DNA of 64,000 bases, taken from Alphaproteobacteria bacterium. GTDB taxonomy: Bacteria; Pseudomonadota; Alphaproteobacteria; Bin95. The notes beneath the pieces are model-generated. The model searched no databases. It worked only from the letters and a program-made list of their open reading frames with translations, and was not told the DNA's origin. A program made the translations under genes and the position numbers. Positions 60,156 to 64,000 of this stretch are shown in pieces (the stretch's first letter is position 1; every line of letters starts with the position of its first letter). The DNA lies in contig OZ219787.1 of the NCBI GenBank assembly GCA_964291285.2, forward strand, positions 1,728,001 to 1,792,000, given 5' to 3'.

Positions 60156-61391
60156 ATGGACATGCGTTTGACGCCGTTTCAGCAGGAGCTGGTAGAAAAG
60201 GCGCGCCGCCTGGCGGTGGAGCGCTTTCAGCCGCGCGCCGCCCGGCTCGACCGCGAGGCGGCCTTTCCGTTCGAAGACTATGACGATCTGCGCAACGAGG
60301 GCCTGCTGGCGCTCTGCGTGCCGGCGGCGCATGGCGGCCTCGGCGCGGATTTCGAGACCTATTGCCTGGTCGCCGAGCAGCTCGCGCGCGGCAACGCCTC
60401 CACGGCGCTCACCTACAACATGCACTGCCTCACCATGATGCTGATGGGGGAGATGGCGGACCGTTACGACATGCCGGCGGAGAAGCGCGCCCGCCACGAG
60501 CGCCTGCGGGCCGAGAAGTTCCGCGAGGTGGTGGAGGAGGGCGTCTTCTACGGCCAGCCGCACAGCGAGCCGGTGGAGGAGGGCGAGACCGACACGGCCT
60601 TCAGCGTCGGCGGCAGGCGCTTCGGCACCGAGGCGCGAAGCGTCGAGGGCGGCTACCGGGTGACGGGGCGCAAGTTCTTCGTCTCGCTGTCCGGTGCTGC
60701 CGACTATTTCGCGACGCCGGCGATCCTTGTGGACGAGGGCGACATGCCCTGGCTGGAGCGCACGCTCTACCTCAAGGTGCCGCGCGAGGCGGAGGGCGTC
60801 GCCTTCGAGGGGGAGTGGGACCCGATCGGCATGCGCGCCACGGTGAGCCGCGAGATGCGCCTCACGGATGTGTTCGTGCCGGACAGCGGCGACATCCTGC
60901 CGCCCGGCGTCTTCGGCGGCCTCTACCTCACCGCCAGCCACGCCCCGATGGGGTTCTCCGCCACTTTCCTCGGCCTTGCGGTCGAGGCCGCCGGGACCGC
61001 GCTCGCCTATCTGCGCGGCGACCTTGCGGGCGCGCCCGGCCGCCCTACCGTCGCGCCGTCCGCCAGCAATGCGGTCGCCGAGATGGTGCTGAAGCTCGAA
61101 GCGACGCGCTCGCTCTTCTACCACGCCGTCTCGGAGGCGAAGCTGCCGCCGACGCCGGAAACCCGCCAGCGCGCCCGCGCCGCCCACGTCACGGTGCAGC
61201 GCAACGCCGTGGAGATCACCTCGCTCGCCATGCGGGTCTGCGGCGGCCGCGCGATCCTCAAGCGCTTCCCGCTCGAACGCCACCTCCGCGACGCCCGAGC
61301 CGCCTCCGTCATGCGCCCCTGGACCCTGGACATCGTCACGGAGGAGCTATGGGACGCGGCCCTCGGCGGGAGCCGGGACGAAGGCGGGTAG
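60156..61391 (+). CDS. Acyl-CoA dehydrogenase-fold flavoprotein (atypical)
   Basis: VP..HGGLG, TGRKFFVS, WDPIGMRATVS, CGG, LERHLRDAR. Confidence 0.85.
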   Translation: MDMRLTPFQQELVEKARRLAVERFQPRAARLDREAAFPFEDYDDLRNEGLLALCVPAAHGGLGADFETYCLVAEQLARGNASTALTYNMHCLTMMLMGEMADRYDMPAEKRARHERLRAEKFREVVEEGVFYGQPHSEPVEEGETDTAFSVGGRRFGTEARSVEGGYRVTGRKFFVSLSGAADYFATPAILVDEGDMPWLERTLYLKVPREAEGVAFEGEWDPIGMRATVSREMRLTDVFVPDSGDILPPGVFGGLYLTASHAPMGFSATFLGLAVEAAGTALAYLRGDLAGAPGRPTVAPSASNAVAEMVLKLEATRSLFYHAVSEAKLPPTPETRQRARAAHVTVQRNAVEITSLAMRVCGGRAILKRFPLERHLRDARAASVMRPWTLDIVTEELWDAALGGSRDEGG

Positions 61392-61857
61392 GGCGAATGC
61401 TGCGGGAGTTCGTATACGATGTTGTTGTATGACTTTGAGGCCCAGGCATAACGCCAACCTGGAAGGATCATTCCGGCCCGCCCGCCTGCCTTTCGCCGCC
61501 AAGGCCGGATGAAACGGCCGCCGGTGGCACCCGATGGGGCCGCCGCCACCGCTTTCGGCCGAGGTCGACTGCAACAAACGGCCGTTTTCCATCGATGCCG
61601 GGCGTTACGAGCGGTCCCCGTTTCCACCAATGTTGAGTGTTACAACAGCCCTTGTTTATGCCGGAGTCGAATGTAGTGCGGCACCGAACGGCCGCACTTC
61701 TCCCGCGCGCCGGCTCCGGCCGCCGGCCCTCGCGGGAGTGGATTCGTTGCGGCGCCAACGCGGCCGAAGCCGCCAGGCGCCGCCGGTGGTTCAGGTCATG
61801 GCCTGTCCTGGCATATTTTCAAGATAAAAGGATATATAGGGAACAAAGGGCGGGACG

Positions 61858-62106
61858 TCAACCCCCGCCGATGCGGGGGAGGAGATAGACTTCGGCGCCT
61901 TCGGGGATGGGGGCGGTCAGGTCGTCCTGGTGCATGACGCCGTCTATGGCGACGGCCATGCTTTCCTCCACCTGCCGGCCGAGACCCGGAAAGCGCGTTT
62001 CCAGGTCCCGGACCAGGGCCCTTATGCTGGCTGCGTCCGACTCCAGCTCGGCCATGCCGCCCGTGTATTGACGGCAGGCCGAGTGGGTCAGGACAATGCG
62101 CGCCAA
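61858..62106 (-). CDS. MoaD/ThiS ubiquitin-like sulfur carrier
   Basis: 82 aa; L..RFPGL, VAIDG, C-terminal IGGG. Confidence 0.88.
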   Translation of the reverse strand: MARIVLTHSACRQYTGGMAELESDAASIRALVRDLETRFPGLGRQVEESMAVAIDGVMHQDDLTAPIPEGAEVYLLPRIGGG

Positions 62107-62113
62107 GGCGGGG

Positions 62114-64000
62114 CTATTCCTCCGCCGCCGCCTGCTCGTCCACCGCCTTGCGGACCTTCGGCGGCGACATGGGCAGCTCCGTCATCCGGATGCCGATGGC
62201 GTCCTGGATGGCGTTCGCCATCGCGGCCATGGGCGGCACGATCGGCACTTCGCCGACCCCGCGCGCGCCGTAGGGATGCCTCGGGTTCGGCACCTCGACG
62301 ACGACCGTGTCGATCATCGGCAGGTCCGAGGCGACCGGGATGCGGTAGTCGAGGAAACCGGGATTCTCCAGCCGGCCCTTGTCGTCGTAGATATACTCCT
62401 CGTTCAAGGCCCAGCCGATGCCCTGCACGGCGCCGCCCTGGATCTGGCCCTCGACATAGGAGGGATGGATCGCGCGGCCGGCATCCTGCGTCGCCAGGTA
62501 GCGCAGCACCTTCACATGGCCGGTCTCCCGGTCCACCTCGACATCGACCAGATGCGTGCCGAAGCCGGGGCCCGCGCCCTGGGCGTTGAGCGAGGAGGTG
62601 GCGGCGATCGGCCCGCCGGTGCGCCCCGACTTGGCCGCGAGGTCCTCCAGCGACAGCGGCTCGAAATCGCCCGCATTGCTGCCGGCGGGAACGGCCTGGC
62701 CGTCCTGCCACTCGACCGCCTCGACCGGGATATCCCAGGTCTTGGCGGCGCGCGCCTTCAGTTCGTTCACGACGGACCTGGACGCCTCCACCACGGCCAT
62801 GCCGGTGGCGAAGGTGACGCGGCTGCCGCCGGTGAGGAAGCAGTAGCCGACCGAGCTCGTGTCCGCGACGATCGGGCGGACGCGCTCCACGTCGATGCCG
62901 AGCACCTCGGCCGCCATCATCGCCATGGAGGCGCGGGAGCCGCCGATGTCCGGGTTGCCGGTGGCGACCACGGCCGTGCCGTCCTCGTTGATGTTGACGG
63001 TCGCGGAGGACTCGCCGCCGATATTGAACCAGAAGCCCGCAGCGACGCCGCGGCCCTGGTTCGGCCCGAGCGGAACCTTGTAGTTCGGGTGGTCCTTGAC
63101 CGCCTCCAGCGTCTCGACGCAGCCGATATCGCCGAAGGTCGGGCCGTAGGCGGCCTTGGTGCCCTTCTTGGCGGCGTTCTTGAGCCGGAGTTCGACCGGG
63201 TCCATGCCGAGCTCGCGCGCAAGCTCGTCCACCGCGCTCTCGACGCCGAAGTTCGAGATCGGCGCGCCGGGCGCCCGGTAGGCCGCGACCTTGGGACGGT
63301 TGGTCACCACGTCATAGCCGGTGATGCGCACGTCCTGGAGGTCGTACACCGCGAACGCGGTCATGCAGCCGGGGCCGACGGGCGAGCCCGCATAGGCGCC
63401 GGCCTGGAACTTCAGCACGGCGTCGCCCGCGACGATGGTGCCGTCGCGCCTGGCGCCGATCTTGACCCAGACGGTGCCGCCCGAGGTCGGGCCGGAGCCG
63501 CGGAACACCTCTTCGCGGGTCATCGCCATCTTCACCGGCCGCCCGGACTTCCGCGACAGCACGACCGCCAGCGGCTCCAGATAGACCAGCGTCTTGCCGC
63601 CGAAGCCGCCGCCGATCTCCAGCGGCGTCACGCGGATTTCGGAAATGTCGATGCCGAGCAGCTTGGCGACATAGGCGCGGACCATGAACTGCCCCTGGCT
63701 GGAGCAGTAGATCTGCACCTGCCCGTCGGCGGCGTATTGCGCCACGCAGGCATGCGGCTCGATATAGCCCTGGTGGACCGGCGCGGTCTTGTATTTGCGC
63801 TCGATGACGATGTCGGCCTTGTCGAACGCCGCGTCCACGTCGCCCAGCTCGAAGACCATGCGCTTGGCGACATTGGAGGGCGTCGTGGGCTTGGGATCGA
63901 CGCCGGAGGTGAACAGGTCGTCGTGGAGGACGGGCGCGCCCTCGACCATCGCGTCCTCGACGTCGATGACATGCGGCAGCACCTCGTAATCCACCTCGAT
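62114..64000 (-). CDS. Xanthine dehydrogenase-family molybdopterin-binding subunit (5' truncated by window)
   Basis: HQGYIEPH, IGGGFGGK, AYRAPG, GQIQGG..QG.G.AL.E, GVGE. Confidence 0.93.
   Translation of the reverse strand: MEVDYEVLPHVIDVEDAMVEGAPVLHDDLFTSGVDPKPTTPSNVAKRMVFELGDVDAAFDKADIVIERKYKTAPVHQGYIEPHACVAQYAADGQVQIYCSSQGQFMVRAYVAKLLGIDISEIRVTPLEIGGGFGGKTLVYLEPLAVVLSRKSGRPVKMAMTREEVFRGSGPTSGGTVWVKIGARRDGTIVAGDAVLKFQAGAYAGSPVGPGCMTAFAVYDLQDVRITGYDVVTNRPKVAAYRAPGAPISNFGVESAVDELARELGMDPVELRLKNAAKKGTKAAYGPTFGDIGCVETLEAVKDHPNYKVPLGPNQGRGVAAGFWFNIGGESSATVNINEDGTAVVATGNPDIGGSRASMAMMAAEVLGIDVERVRPIVADTSSVGYCFLTGGSRVTFATGMAVVEASRSVVNELKARAAKTWDIPVEAVEWQDGQAVPAGSNAGDFEPLSLEDLAAKSGRTGGPIAATSSLNAQGAGPGFGTHLVDVEVDRETGHVKVLRYLATQDAGRAIHPSYVEGQIQGGAVQGIGWALNEEYIYDDKGRLENPGFLDYRIPVASDLPMIDTVVVEVPNPRHPYGARGVGEVPIVPPMAAMANAIQDAIGIRMTELPMSPPKVRKAVDEQAAAEE

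Noticed and set aside
61451-61630. SRP RNA (GCCAACCTGG..GGAAG) or a tRNA/tmRNA 3' end (TCCACCA)
   Set aside because: No CAGG...GGAA...AGCAG SRP loop, and no T-loop or acceptor stem
61841-61856. LexA box
   Set aside because: Only one GAAC half-site; the second half (GGGA) does not match

Overview
GC-rich (roughly 70% by eye), gene-dense bacterial chromosome segment, most consistent with an Alphaproteobacterium (tlpA<->argH-lipoprotein-lysA-TIGR02302 order, pyrB-pyrC'). Housekeeping genes (cysS, pyrF, argH, lysA, pyrB/pyrC', DEAD helicase) are mixed with many catabolic genes: soxBDAG, three Dpp/Opp-type ABC clusters, CoA transferases, crotonases, acyl-CoA dehydrogenases, a cytoplasmic DMSOR-family Mo enzyme, three Fe/2OG dioxygenases, a Cys-less thiolase plus DUF35 pair and a xanthine-dehydrogenase-family Mo subunit. 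A Phd-PIN toxin-antitoxin pair and two damaged genes (Fic-like remnant, frameshifted 2-hydroxyacid dehydrogenase) are also present. I saw no tRNA, rRNA, CRISPR, integrase or transposase. The least explained signals are non-coding. Two hairpin-dense intergenic regions (~20300-20600 and ~61400-61850) each lie downstream of an AT-rich minus-strand promoter-like patch, and the patches share TTTCAAGwTAAAA. There is also a 10-bp-phased TGTCATG triplet, a duplicated 40-bp leader in front of a small secreted Cys-rich protein, and a REP-like palindrome. All calls come from motif recognition by eye; no searches were run.
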